A stretch of DNA of 64,000 bases. Origin: Promethearchaeota archaeon. GTDB lineage: Archaea > Asgardarchaeota > Lokiarchaeia > Sigyniarchaeales > SOKP01. The notes under the pieces are model-generated. The model made no database searches, was not told where the DNA came from, and worked only from the letters and a program-made list of their open reading frames with translations. Numbering within the stretch: position 1 is the first letter of the stretch; every line of letters starts with the position of its first letter. The stretch is taken from positions 32,001 to 96,000 of the forward strand of contig JBHLNF010000005.1 in the NCBI GenBank assembly GCA_048937405.1, given 5' to 3'. Below, one piece after another: positions 51,604-61,000 of this stretch. The translations under genes were made by a program, and so were the position numbers.

Positions 51604-53296
51604 TACCGAAAAAACTCCATCAAGTATGTTGATACTTACATTCGAAATATTATTTGATATAATAAATAATTTATATAATTTTAGAGTATTTAGAAAAATC
51701 CTAATTCAAAATAGGATAAGGAAAATCAAACTTAAAGCTATTTTTTATTTTACACTAAATAGATTATTGAATATATTCGATAGATTATTTATTATGGGAT
51801 ACCATTTAACGAGACGTAAATATAGTATCCCAAATAATCCTCAGTTAATACAGAACAAAGATAAAAAAATTTCATTTCTATATACCATTTTTTCTGATTT
51901 ACAATTGATTGGTCGAGGAAAGGATGGAGAAGTCTATATCGCAAAGCCGATTAATAATGATAAAAAACAAATTGTAAAAATTTTATCATTCTATGGACTA
52001 AAATTCTTACCAATAACAAAGGAGTTTGCTTCATTCAAAATTATCTCCAAATATCTGTATCAAATTGATATTTTAAATAATTCTTTCATAATTTATCCTT
52101 ATGAAAAACTATCATTACCAAACTCTTCACCTTTAGATTTTTTAGATCAACTGATTATGATTAGTGAATTAGAAATCGAATTAATCAAAAATAATTTGAT
52201 ATATCTAGATTTTTCTAATAAGCATCATATCAATTATTTGATTGACTCAAATAATAATTTGAAAATTATAGATTATACAGGGGGTTCTTTTTATTACATT
52301 GACAAGATTAATACTAAATTAAAATTTAATCGTATAAATTTAATTACAGCTAAAAATCGTTATGTTCAATCTAAATTATTAATTCATATTTATTATTGGG
52401 GATTAGGGCGAAAGAATTATAAAGGTAAAATTCAAGATTCTTATCTAGAAATTTTTAAATTTTTAGAAGTATGTCGAAAAGAATTTTTTGGAAGCGTATA
52501 TTTTGAGTTGTTCTCGTATATTATAAATACGGATTTATTAAAAATTGGAAGCTGGGAAAATTTAATTAAAATTATAAAAAGAATTAAATGTGAAAATAAA
52601 TATTTTTTGATGGAGAAGGCTGACATTGATAAAGTAATTGTTAGAAACAATCAAATTAAGGTAATAGGCTACCAGAATTATAATATATCTATAAAAGATA
52701 AAAAGATCATTCCAATTAAAGGTAATTCTAAATTATGGCGAACTGATAAAAAATATGAATTAATATTAAATTCACTTAACCTTATAAAAGAATTAAATAT
52801 TGAAATTAATAGTTTTATAGATATCGGTTCCAATTTAGGTTTATATGTCTTTACTGCTTGTTTAATATATGGAATACGTAAATGTGTTGGGATTGATTAT
52901 AACTCCGAATATATCGAAAAAACCAATAAGATTAGAGATCATCTAAACTTAGAAAATTGTATTTTCTTGGTAAATAAGTTTGAAGATTTAAACGAGAAAT
53001 ATGATTGCGTGGTGGCAGTTGGATTAATTCATCATCTATATCACCGTACAGAATCTTATGGCTCTTTAGAACCAATTATTAAAAAATTAAGCGATCTTAC
53101 AAAGAAAGCGTTAATAATTGAATTTCCAACGGAGCATGATGAGAAAGCTAAGAAGTGGACTAATATACCAGGTAGAAAAAAACTTGAAAAATATAATTTA
53201 AACAATTTTTTAAAATGTACAGATAAGTATTTCAGCAAAGTAATCAAGATAGGAGATATAGCTAATACTAGATTAATGTTTCTTTTATTAAAATAA
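51596..53296 (+). CDS. Protein-kinase-like domain fused to a class I SAM methyltransferase
   Basis: Gly-loop IGRGKDGEVY, VKI, LIYLDF..NYL..KIIDY; C-terminal FIDIGSNLG, VGID, YDCVVAVGLIHHL, LIIEFP; start uncertain (TTG 51596 or a downstream ATG). Confidence 0.72.
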   Translation: MNSTEKTPSSMLILTFEILFDIINNLYNFRVFRKILIQNRIRKIKLKAIFYFTLNRLLNIFDRLFIMGYHLTRRKYSIPNNPQLIQNKDKKISFLYTIFSDLQLIGRGKDGEVYIAKPINNDKKQIVKILSFYGLKFLPITKEFASFKIISKYLYQIDILNNSFIIYPYEKLSLPNSSPLDFLDQLIMISELEIELIKNNLIYLDFSNKHHINYLIDSNNNLKIIDYTGGSFYYIDKINTKLKFNRINLITAKNRYVQSKLLIHIYYWGLGRKNYKGKIQDSYLEIFKFLEVCRKEFFGSVYFELFSYIINTDLLKIGSWENLIKIIKRIKCENKYFLMEKADIDKVIVRNNQIKVIGYQNYNISIKDKKIIPIKGNSKLWRTDKKYELILNSLNLIKELNIEINSFIDIGSNLGLYVFTACLIYGIRKCVGIDYNSEYIEKTNKIRDHLNLENCIFLVNKFEDLNEKYDCVVAVGLIHHLYHRTESYGSLEPIIKKLSDLTKKALIIEFPTEHDEKAKKWTNIPGRKKLEKYNLNNFLKCTDKYFSKVIKIGDIANTRLMFLLLK

Positions 53297-53447
53297 AGAT
53301 TCTTATCTTACACTATAGCTAATTTGTATATAATTTCTTCATAATCAAACTACATAAGTTATGTGAGATGAGAAATAAAAAAGTGGATTTTTTCTATTTA
53401 TATTGATTTATAGACAAACTAAGTATTCTTTTTACACTCGTATACTC

Positions 53448-54224
53448 TCAATACTTAATTTTCGTTTTATATTTTATAACACCTATTCCACCTGTTTTCT
53501 GAGTAGGATCTTCATAAAATTCATCGAAATCATATTGATTTTTAATTTGTTCCCAAAATTTATAAACTGTATTTATAGATCCAGATAAATTTACAATATC
53601 ATGAAAAGCAATTATTCCATCATCCTTTACTAATGGACTATACATTTCAAAATCCTTTTTAACACCTTCATAGCTGTGGGAAGCATCGATAAATACAAAA
53701 TCTATCTTTTTACTATCTATAATTTTTTTAACTTGAGATAAGGTAGAAGCTTTATGAGAATTAGCTCTAATTAATTTTAATTTTTGATGCTGTAATGGAA
53801 ATCTCTTAATTAATGGAATCCTCCAATCTGGTAGGAGATTATTAAATTTTCTTTTAGGTAGATCTATACTGATAATTATTGCTCTGGTATCAATAACTCT
53901 TGAGAATAAAAATAAGGTACCCCCATTTAAGGTACCTATTTCAAGTATGATTCTTGGTCGAAGTTTCTTGATTTTTTCTAATAATTTTAATAATTCAGAT
54001 TTAATTTGTTGTAGCTTTATAATATTATTTCGAGGTAATTTAAAAAAATCAAAAAGTTGACCCAAATTACAATTTTCAGGGATAAATTTTATAGATACTA
54101 ATAAATTAATTGTTTTATAAAAATTCAACATTCTTAGGAATGGTTCTTTAACAAGTAGACTCATCCCCTTTTGCCTAATTTTAAAAGCTATAGACTTCTT
54201 TATTCTAACAATAAATTTTAACAT
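53448..54224 (-). CDS. Class I SAM methyltransferase (Methyltransf_24-like)
   Basis: LEIGTLNGGT, SIDL, DFVFIDASHSYEGVKKD, GIIAFHD. Confidence 0.87.
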   Translation of the reverse strand: MLKFIVRIKKSIAFKIRQKGMSLLVKEPFLRMLNFYKTINLLVSIKFIPENCNLGQLFDFFKLPRNNIIKLQQIKSELLKLLEKIKKLRPRIILEIGTLNGGTLFLFSRVIDTRAIIISIDLPKRKFNNLLPDWRIPLIKRFPLQHQKLKLIRANSHKASTLSQVKKIIDSKKIDFVFIDASHSYEGVKKDFEMYSPLVKDDGIIAFHDIVNLSGSINTVYKFWEQIKNQYDFDEFYEDPTQKTGGIGVIKYKTKIKY

Positions 54225-54236
54225 AATTAATTTGGT

Positions 54237-55499
54237 TTACTTAATAGTTGCTTTGAATAATTTGATATATTCATTTGTTATTAGTTTCCAATTATATCTA
54301 TTTATAACTCTATTATATCCATATTCTCCCATTCTTTTTCTTTCTTCTTCATTTTCATATAAATAAACAATTGCATCTACTAGATCTTTTAAATTATCTG
54401 GTTTAATTAATAAACCAGATTTCCGATCTTCAATAGCTCCAATAATTCCACCAGAACTCGTACCAATTACTGGTAGCTTATAATAATTAGCCTCAAGGTA
54501 AACAATACCAAAACCTTCAATTGATTTTTTCATTGAGATAGAAGGCATTATAAAGACATCTGAGGCTTTTAAATATTTTTTTTTCATTTCATCATTAATA
54601 GCTCCTAAAAAAATGATTTCATCGTTTAATCCTAAAGCTTGTGTCATACTTTTTAATCTTCCTGTTTCCTTCCCACTTCCTATTAAATAATATTTTATGT
54701 TGGGATATGAGTATGATTTTTTCAAGAATTCCATAGCTTGGATAACTAATTGAAAATTTTTTCTAGGTGCATGACGACCAACACTAATTAAGATAAAATC
54801 TTTGGGTTTTATATTTAGTTCATTCCTTATTTGGAGATTATCTTTTTTTATTTCATGATCCGGAAGAAAAAGACCATAAGGAATTACTATTAATTTGTCT
54901 TCGCTTAAATGGTTTATTTTCATTATTAATTCTTTATTCTTATCACTACTTACTATTATCTTATCAATAAGTTTTAAGTAATGAGTTTTTAGAGATAATC
55001 TAGTGCGAACTAAGAAATCTGTACCATGGGCATGGCATATGAATTTTTTCCCTATTAGTCTAGATAAAATAAATCCTAAAGGCATCATAACATTATCACA
55101 AACACTTCCATAAATCAAATCGGGATTTATTTTTTTTACTAATGGATAAATCCTTGATAAATTTTTTAATAGACTTATTATGATTTTTTGTTTAATGAAG
55201 AGATATAATAACATACATAACTTGAAATAGAGTTTTACTTTTTTAACAGTAAGTATTTTCCATATTGAATATAAAAAAAAAAAAATGTAATTTCGTTTCT
55301 TAAATAATGCTAATAAATCTCTCAGTTTAAAAATCTTAGTATACTTTAGAATATTAAATATATTTTTTCCTCTATAAGTATTATTAAATATAAATAGTGT
55401 TTCTTCTCTATCCCTGAATGCTTTACACATATCTGTAAAAAATCTACCGATTCCTCCATACACAGGGTAAAATTCAGATGCCAATAAACAAATTTTCAT
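54237..55499 (-). CDS. GT4 glycosyltransferase (paralog of 47103..48362)
   Basis: GGIG, SVGRH..RK, EGFGIVYLEA, SGGIIGAI. Confidence 0.9.
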   Translation of the reverse strand: MKICLLASEFYPVYGGIGRFFTDMCKAFRDREETLFIFNNTYRGKNIFNILKYTKIFKLRDLLALFKKRNYIFFFLYSIWKILTVKKVKLYFKLCMLLYLFIKQKIIISLLKNLSRIYPLVKKINPDLIYGSVCDNVMMPLGFILSRLIGKKFICHAHGTDFLVRTRLSLKTHYLKLIDKIIVSSDKNKELIMKINHLSEDKLIVIPYGLFLPDHEIKKDNLQIRNELNIKPKDFILISVGRHAPRKNFQLVIQAMEFLKKSYSYPNIKYYLIGSGKETGRLKSMTQALGLNDEIIFLGAINDEMKKKYLKASDVFIMPSISMKKSIEGFGIVYLEANYYKLPVIGTSSGGIIGAIEDRKSGLLIKPDNLKDLVDAIVYLYENEEERKRMGEYGYNRVINRYNWKLITNEYIKLFKATIK

Positions 55500-55721
55500 A
55501 TTTAGAGTAATGTTTTCACTTTAAATTATAAATTCAATTCAATTAAGAGACTTTATCTAATAACCCTTGTTATACTGGATAGAACTTAAATTTTCCTTAT
55601 GTTTTCATCAATCCATTATATAATTCTTTATACAAATAATTGATTCTAATTATATATCATTACATAACATTAAATATAATGAAAAGCTCTCCTACTTAAA
55701 ATATTAATATGTGAATTTTCC

Positions 55722-55961
55722 ATGTCTGAAGATGAGTATAAAGTAGAATATACAACCGTTTCAATTCCTAAGCCTTTAGTTGAAAAAATTAAAGAAAGAA
55801 TGAAAGGGACAGGTTTCTCTTCTGTATCTAGTTATGTCACATATGTTTTACGACAAGTTATTTCTTCAATAGAAGAAGAAGAGAAATCAAAACAAGCATT
55901 TACAAAGGAAGAAGAAGAAAAAGTGAAGCAAAGATTAAGGGATTTAGGATATATTGATTAA
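55722..55961 (+). CDS. Ribbon-helix-helix (CopG-like) protein with a C-terminal RLRDLGY tail
   Basis: YTTVSIPKPLVEKIK..GFSSVSSYVTYVLR (RHH); tail EEEEKVKQRLRDLGYID. Confidence 0.85.
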   Translation: MSEDEYKVEYTTVSIPKPLVEKIKERMKGTGFSSVSSYVTYVLRQVISSIEEEEKSKQAFTKEEEEKVKQRLRDLGYID

Positions 55962-55998
55962 TAATAATCTTTGAATTTAGAGGAGGTTATGAAATTAA

Positions 55999-57147
55999 AT
56001 GATAAAACCACATGGTGGAACACTGATTAATAAGGAACTCCCTAAAATTGAAAAAGAAAGAATAATAGAAGAGATCGATGAATTTAATAGTGTTATAGTT
56101 AAACCAGAGACTCTTAAAGTAATAAAAAATATTGCTTTTGGTGTTTTTAGCCCCTTAGAGGGATTCATGAATGAAAATGACTATCATTATGTATTAAATA
56201 CTATGTACTTAGAAAATAACGTTGCGTGGCCATTTCCAATTACTTTGGATGTCTCTGAAGATGAGATAAAAAATATACACGCTAATGATAAAATAATTCT
56301 AACTGATGGTAATAAGACTCCTATTGCATTGATGAATATAGAATCAATATATGATTATGATAAGAAAGAGTATGCTGAAAAAACTTATGGTACAGTGGAT
56401 AAAAATCATCCAGGAGTAATGAGGGTTTTTAATTATAAAGAAAAACTCATAGGAGGAGAAATTTTCTTGATTAACGAACCTAAGCCAATATTTCCGGATT
56501 TAGATTTAAAGGCCATCGAAACAAGAGTTTTATTTAAGGAAAAGGGGTGGGATAGAGTTGTTGCATTTCAAACAAGAAATCCCCCTCATTTAGGTCATGA
56601 ATATGTTCAAAAAGCAGGATTAACTTACGTGGATGGATTATTTATCAATCCTGTTATTGGAAAGAAAAAAAGAGGGGATTTTTTAGATATAGTAATCATT
56701 GAGGCATATAAAGCACTTATAAAAGAGTATTATCCAAAAGATAGAGTAGTGTTGAGTACTTTTGAAACCGAAATGAGATATGCTGGACCAAAAGAAGCGA
56801 TTTTCCATGCTATAACTAGAAAAAATTTTGGATGTGATCATATTATCATTGGTCGAGATCATGCTGGTGTTGGGGATTATTATGGACCTTATGATGCTCA
56901 TGATATCTTCGAAAAATTTCCAGATTTAGGTATTGAACCAATAAAATTTAGATCTTTTTCAAAGTGTGCAAAATGCAATGCTGTTGTCAATGATAAAATA
57001 TGTCCACATCCCCCAGATATGCAAAACTTTTTTGCAGGGAGAGAAATTAGGGCTGCTCTTCAAAATGGAAGACTTCCTGATCCAGAAGTAATGCGTCCCG
57101 AAGTTGCGAAAGTGATATTAAAATATGAAAATCCATTTGTATTATAA
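55999..57147 (+). CDS. sat: Sulfate adenylyltransferase (ATP sulfurylase)
   Basis: PHGG, FSPLEGFM, HPGV, AFQTRNPPHLGHE, MRYAGPKEA, GRDHAGVGDYY, MRPEV; SD AGGAGG at 55981. Confidence 0.96.
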   Translation: MIKPHGGTLINKELPKIEKERIIEEIDEFNSVIVKPETLKVIKNIAFGVFSPLEGFMNENDYHYVLNTMYLENNVAWPFPITLDVSEDEIKNIHANDKIILTDGNKTPIALMNIESIYDYDKKEYAEKTYGTVDKNHPGVMRVFNYKEKLIGGEIFLINEPKPIFPDLDLKAIETRVLFKEKGWDRVVAFQTRNPPHLGHEYVQKAGLTYVDGLFINPVIGKKKRGDFLDIVIIEAYKALIKEYYPKDRVVLSTFETEMRYAGPKEAIFHAITRKNFGCDHIIIGRDHAGVGDYYGPYDAHDIFEKFPDLGIEPIKFRSFSKCAKCNAVVNDKICPHPPDMQNFFAGREIRAALQNGRLPDPEVMRPEVAKVILKYENPFVL

Positions 57148-57197
57148 TTATTAAATGTAAAGTAAATGAAACTAAGAAGCAGTTTTATTATCGAGTA

Positions 57198-58586
57198 ATG
57201 AATATTAATCAAAGAAAATTAGTTATCATCGGATTAGATTGTGCAACTCCTAAAACTCTTTTTAAGGATTTCATAGACGATTGCCCAAATATTAAAAAAA
57301 TGATGCAAAAAGGTGTATATGGTAAATTAAGAACCTGTGATCCCCCAATTACGATTCCAGCTTGGATGGTAATGAGTACTGGAAAAAAAGCAGGAAAATT
57401 AGGATTATATGGATTTAGACATAGAAAAGGGAATTCGTATGATGACTTTTGGATATCTACATCTTATAATATTAGGGAACCAAAAGTATGGGATATAATT
57501 GGAGAAAAAGGTTTAAAATCTTGCATACTGGGTGTTCCTCCAACTTATCCTGTTCAACCAATAAATGGTTGTTTAGTTTCTGGTTTTATTACTCCAGATA
57601 TAACTTCAAATTATACATATCCTCCAGAATTAAAAGAAGAAATTAAAGAAAATGTTGGAGAATACATTTTAGACGCTAATTTTAGAGTAGATGATAAGTT
57701 AAATTTATTGAAAGACATTTATGAAATGACAAAAGTTCAATTTAAAACTATTAGATACCTGATACAAAATAAAGATTGGATATATTGTAAATTTGTAATT
57801 ATTGGATTAGATCGATTTCATCATGCATTTTGGAAATACTATGATAAAAATCATCATAAATATAAGCCTGGAAATAAATTAGAAGGAGAAATGAAAAAAT
57901 TTTACCAGTATTTGGATTCAGAAATCGGAGAAATCTTGAAAATTGTTGGGGAAAATACAATAATAATGATTGTATCTGATCATGGTGCTAAGGCAATGAA
58001 AGGTCTAATATGCATTAATATGGCTCTTGAAGATTTGGGTTTATTGAAATTTAAGTCTAAACCAACACCGGGTAAAAAGTTATTAGATGCGAATATAGAT
58101 TGGAATAATACATTTGCTTGGGGTTGGGGGGGATACTATGGGAGAATTTTTCTTAATGTTGAAGGTAGAGAACCTCATGGAATTATTAAACCTGAAGATT
58201 ATGAAGAAAAAAGGGATGAGATAATTAAAAAAATTAAATTAATAAAAGATAATAAAGGTAATCAAATGAATACAATAATTTATAAACCAGAAGAGTTATT
58301 TGAGACTTTAAATGGAAATCCACCAGATCTAATGGTCTATTTTGATGATTTAAATTGGAGATCCGCTGGGACGGTTGGATATAATTCTATGTATTTAATT
58401 GAAAACGATACTGGTCCTGATGATGCAGTTCATGATTGGTACGGAGTTTATCTTATTTATGACCCAAAGAAAAAATTAGGTAAAAATCTTGGAATTAAAA
58501 GTATACTTGATATAGCACCAACATCCCTTAAAATCTTAGGAGTTAAAATTCCTAAAGATATGGATGGTAATGTTATAAATTATTAA
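57198..58586 (+). CDS. Alkaline phosphatase superfamily / nucleotide pyrophosphatase-phosphodiesterase-like protein
   Basis: IGLDCA, PPITIPAW (Thr nucleophile), DRFHH, VSDHG, DAVH, DIAPT..MDG. Confidence 0.85.
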   Translation: MNINQRKLVIIGLDCATPKTLFKDFIDDCPNIKKMMQKGVYGKLRTCDPPITIPAWMVMSTGKKAGKLGLYGFRHRKGNSYDDFWISTSYNIREPKVWDIIGEKGLKSCILGVPPTYPVQPINGCLVSGFITPDITSNYTYPPELKEEIKENVGEYILDANFRVDDKLNLLKDIYEMTKVQFKTIRYLIQNKDWIYCKFVIIGLDRFHHAFWKYYDKNHHKYKPGNKLEGEMKKFYQYLDSEIGEILKIVGENTIIMIVSDHGAKAMKGLICINMALEDLGLLKFKSKPTPGKKLLDANIDWNNTFAWGWGGYYGRIFLNVEGREPHGIIKPEDYEEKRDEIIKKIKLIKDNKGNQMNTIIYKPEELFETLNGNPPDLMVYFDDLNWRSAGTVGYNSMYLIENDTGPDDAVHDWYGVYLIYDPKKKLGKNLGIKSILDIAPTSLKILGVKIPKDMDGNVINY

Positions 58587-58609
58587 AAAATGTAAGAGAA
58601 AGATAAAAA

Positions 58610-59155
58610 ATGGAACATAAAGGGTTTACATTATGGTTTACCGGACTACCGTGTTCAGGTAAAAGTGTGCTTGCTGACTCAGTGGCAAACGATTTAAAGA
58701 ATAGAGGAATGAAAATAGAACGTCTTGATGGTGATATTGTTAGAAAGAGCTTAACTAGAGATCTAGGATTTACTGAAGAAGATAGAAATATGAATATTGA
58801 AAGAGTTACATTTGTAGCTAAATTATTAACTCGAAATGGTGTTGCTGTTCTTGCTTCATTTGTATCACCATATAATAAGATTAGAGCTTATTCACGAGAA
58901 GAAATTGGAGATTTTATACTTGTCTATGTAAAATGCTCTCTTGAAGAGTGTGAGAGAAGAGACGTAAAAGGGATGTATGCAAAAGCAAAAGCAGGAGAAA
59001 TTAAAAATTTTACTGGAATTGACCACCCTTTCGAAGAACCAGATAATCCTGATATTATTGTTGAAACTGATAAGCAAACAGTTGATGAAAGTAAAGAAAT
59101 TATCTTACATGCTTTAATTTCAATGGGTTATTTGCCAAATAAACATAATAAATAG
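58610..59155 (+). CDS. cysC: Adenylyl-sulfate kinase
   Basis: WFTGLPCSGKS, LDGDIVR, DLGF, SPY, RDVKGMY, FTGIDHPFEEP. Confidence 0.96.
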   Translation: MEHKGFTLWFTGLPCSGKSVLADSVANDLKNRGMKIERLDGDIVRKSLTRDLGFTEEDRNMNIERVTFVAKLLTRNGVAVLASFVSPYNKIRAYSREEIGDFILVYVKCSLEECERRDVKGMYAKAKAGEIKNFTGIDHPFEEPDNPDIIVETDKQTVDESKEIILHALISMGYLPNKHNK

Positions 59156-59628
59156 AGTTTTTTGGTTCTATTAGCAAAATCGATATTAATCATTTCAATA
59201 TAATTTTTTTTCTAATTGTAAAAAATCAATGTTTTATTATTCTTGTCTTATCATCGATAAAAATTACAATTTCCATCTATTATATTAAAAATACTGTTTT
59301 AAAGAATTAATGATATTATTTAGATGATAAGTTTATTCTATTTATCCAATTTAAGGTATATAAATATAATTCTTTATACATTCATGTCTAAACTAGAGGA
59401 TATAATAAGATTAATACTATTGATATAAATAATTTCCTATATATTTTAAAAGATCTATTCTTTTAATTGAATAATAAATAGAATATTAGAATCACAAGGC
59501 TGGTTATGCAATAGTAGGAAAAATTTTTTATTTATTTAATGAAATATTAAAAAAGTTTGAAATTTCTAAAATTATAATTTAAATAGATATTTTCTTCTAT
59601 TCCAGAAAAATAAATCAAAATTGATTAT

Positions 59629-60975
59629 ATGAATAAAAATTTTAAAAAAATTCTCTATAATTTACGATATCGCATTTTTCATCTTAGCGATAATAATCCC
59701 TTTATAGGGGAGCTTTTGAAATTTGGATATCTTTATCTTTATTACTTTAAATTTACGATTGAAGAATTATATTTGAATATTAAAGTAAAATTAAGATATG
59801 GTAAAATCAAACTTAACAAAATTTGTTTTATAAATCCTATTGAAGTATTATATGAAATTTCACCTCATAAGTATAACAAATGGAGTATTAACTCTAGAAT
59901 TTTAGACGGAGATTGGGATCATTCAGAATCACTCTTTGAAAACTTAAGAGAAGTTAAAGCAATAGAACAAAGATATAAAGAAGGAATACAATGGGAAGAG
60001 ACGGATTTTTATCATCAAGTTATGGATGAACACGCTAATGAAATAGAAAAGGGATTTAATTATAAAAAACACCTAGATAATGTACTTAAAGGAGTAGATT
60101 CCCTATATTTTCAAATTAAAAAGAGTGGATATAAATCAAAAAATGAATTATATTCAAATAAAAAGATTTATGGGAAAATAGTAAATATAAAAATTGGAAA
60201 AAAAATTCTTGATGAAGTAGCTTTAGCTATTAGTAGAGAAGGACGATTTCTATTTATTAATGGAAAGCACAGACTCAAGATTGCTCAATTATTTTTCATT
60301 AATAAAATTTCAGTTATTTTTGTTTTAAGGCATAAAAAATGGATGGAATTTAGAAAAAAATTAATTATTTTTGCTAAAAATTGTCAAGGAAAAAAATTAG
60401 ATTATCAGCTTACTCATCCAGACCTTCAAGATATTCCTTATAAATATAAAGATCTCTGCTTTAATTTAATTAAGGAAAACCTTAGTGTCTCTCAAGGAAC
60501 TCTTATTGATATTAATGCAAATTTGGGATATTTTTGTCATAAATTTGAGGATGAGGGATTTGATTGTTATGCATTAGAAGAGAATTCAATCTGCTTACAC
60601 TTTTTAGATAAATTAAAAAAAGCAGAAAATAAAAAATATAAAATAATTCCAAAATCCAAATTTGATGATAACCTAGGACTAGAAATAACTTTTGATGTAG
60701 TTCTGGCTTTAAATATATTTGAGAGTATAGGAAAGGAAAAAAAATCTGATAAAATAATTGAATTTTTAAGAAGATTAAATTTTAAGGAATTATTTCTTGT
60801 AGTACCTAATTCAAGAAAACTACGAAACCGTAAGTTGTACCGAAATTTTAACTTAGATCAATTCTTAAAGGATATCACTAGAGAATGTTTTTTAAATAAC
60901 GCTCAATTTGTTGGAAAAATTGAGGAAAATAGATTGTTGTATAAATTCACATCTAGTAAGGTTTATGAAAATTAG
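59629..60975 (+). CDS. ParB/Srx-like domain fused to a methyltransferase-like domain
   Basis: GDWD, WEETDF, AISREGRFLFINGKHRL..V..RHKKW, THPDL; C-domain LIDINANLGYF, FDVVLAL. Confidence 0.62.
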   Translation: MNKNFKKILYNLRYRIFHLSDNNPFIGELLKFGYLYLYYFKFTIEELYLNIKVKLRYGKIKLNKICFINPIEVLYEISPHKYNKWSINSRILDGDWDHSESLFENLREVKAIEQRYKEGIQWEETDFYHQVMDEHANEIEKGFNYKKHLDNVLKGVDSLYFQIKKSGYKSKNELYSNKKIYGKIVNIKIGKKILDEVALAISREGRFLFINGKHRLKIAQLFFINKISVIFVLRHKKWMEFRKKLIIFAKNCQGKKLDYQLTHPDLQDIPYKYKDLCFNLIKENLSVSQGTLIDINANLGYFCHKFEDEGFDCYALEENSICLHFLDKLKKAENKKYKIIPKSKFDDNLGLEITFDVVLALNIFESIGKEKKSDKIIEFLRRLNFKELFLVVPNSRKLRNRKLYRNFNLDQFLKDITRECFLNNAQFVGKIEENRLLYKFTSSKVYEN

Positions 60976-61000
60976 CAAATTATAGATTTATAATTTAATC

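Noticed and set aside
53377-53389. 13-nt reverse-complement match (AAAAAAGTGGATT) to 37391-37403
   Set aside because: Short and low-complexity in a very AT-rich sequence; compatible with chance
55989-56030. Short out-of-frame ORF starting at ATG 55989, right after the SD of sat
   Set aside because: The SD spacing is too short for that ATG and the peptide is unremarkable; ATG 55999 gives the conserved PHGG start
59156-59628. Long intergenic gaps (also 21402-21787 and 41921-42284) inspected for tRNA, sRNA or small ORFs
   Set aside because: Uniformly AT-rich, with no convincing stems, cloverleaf or coding signal
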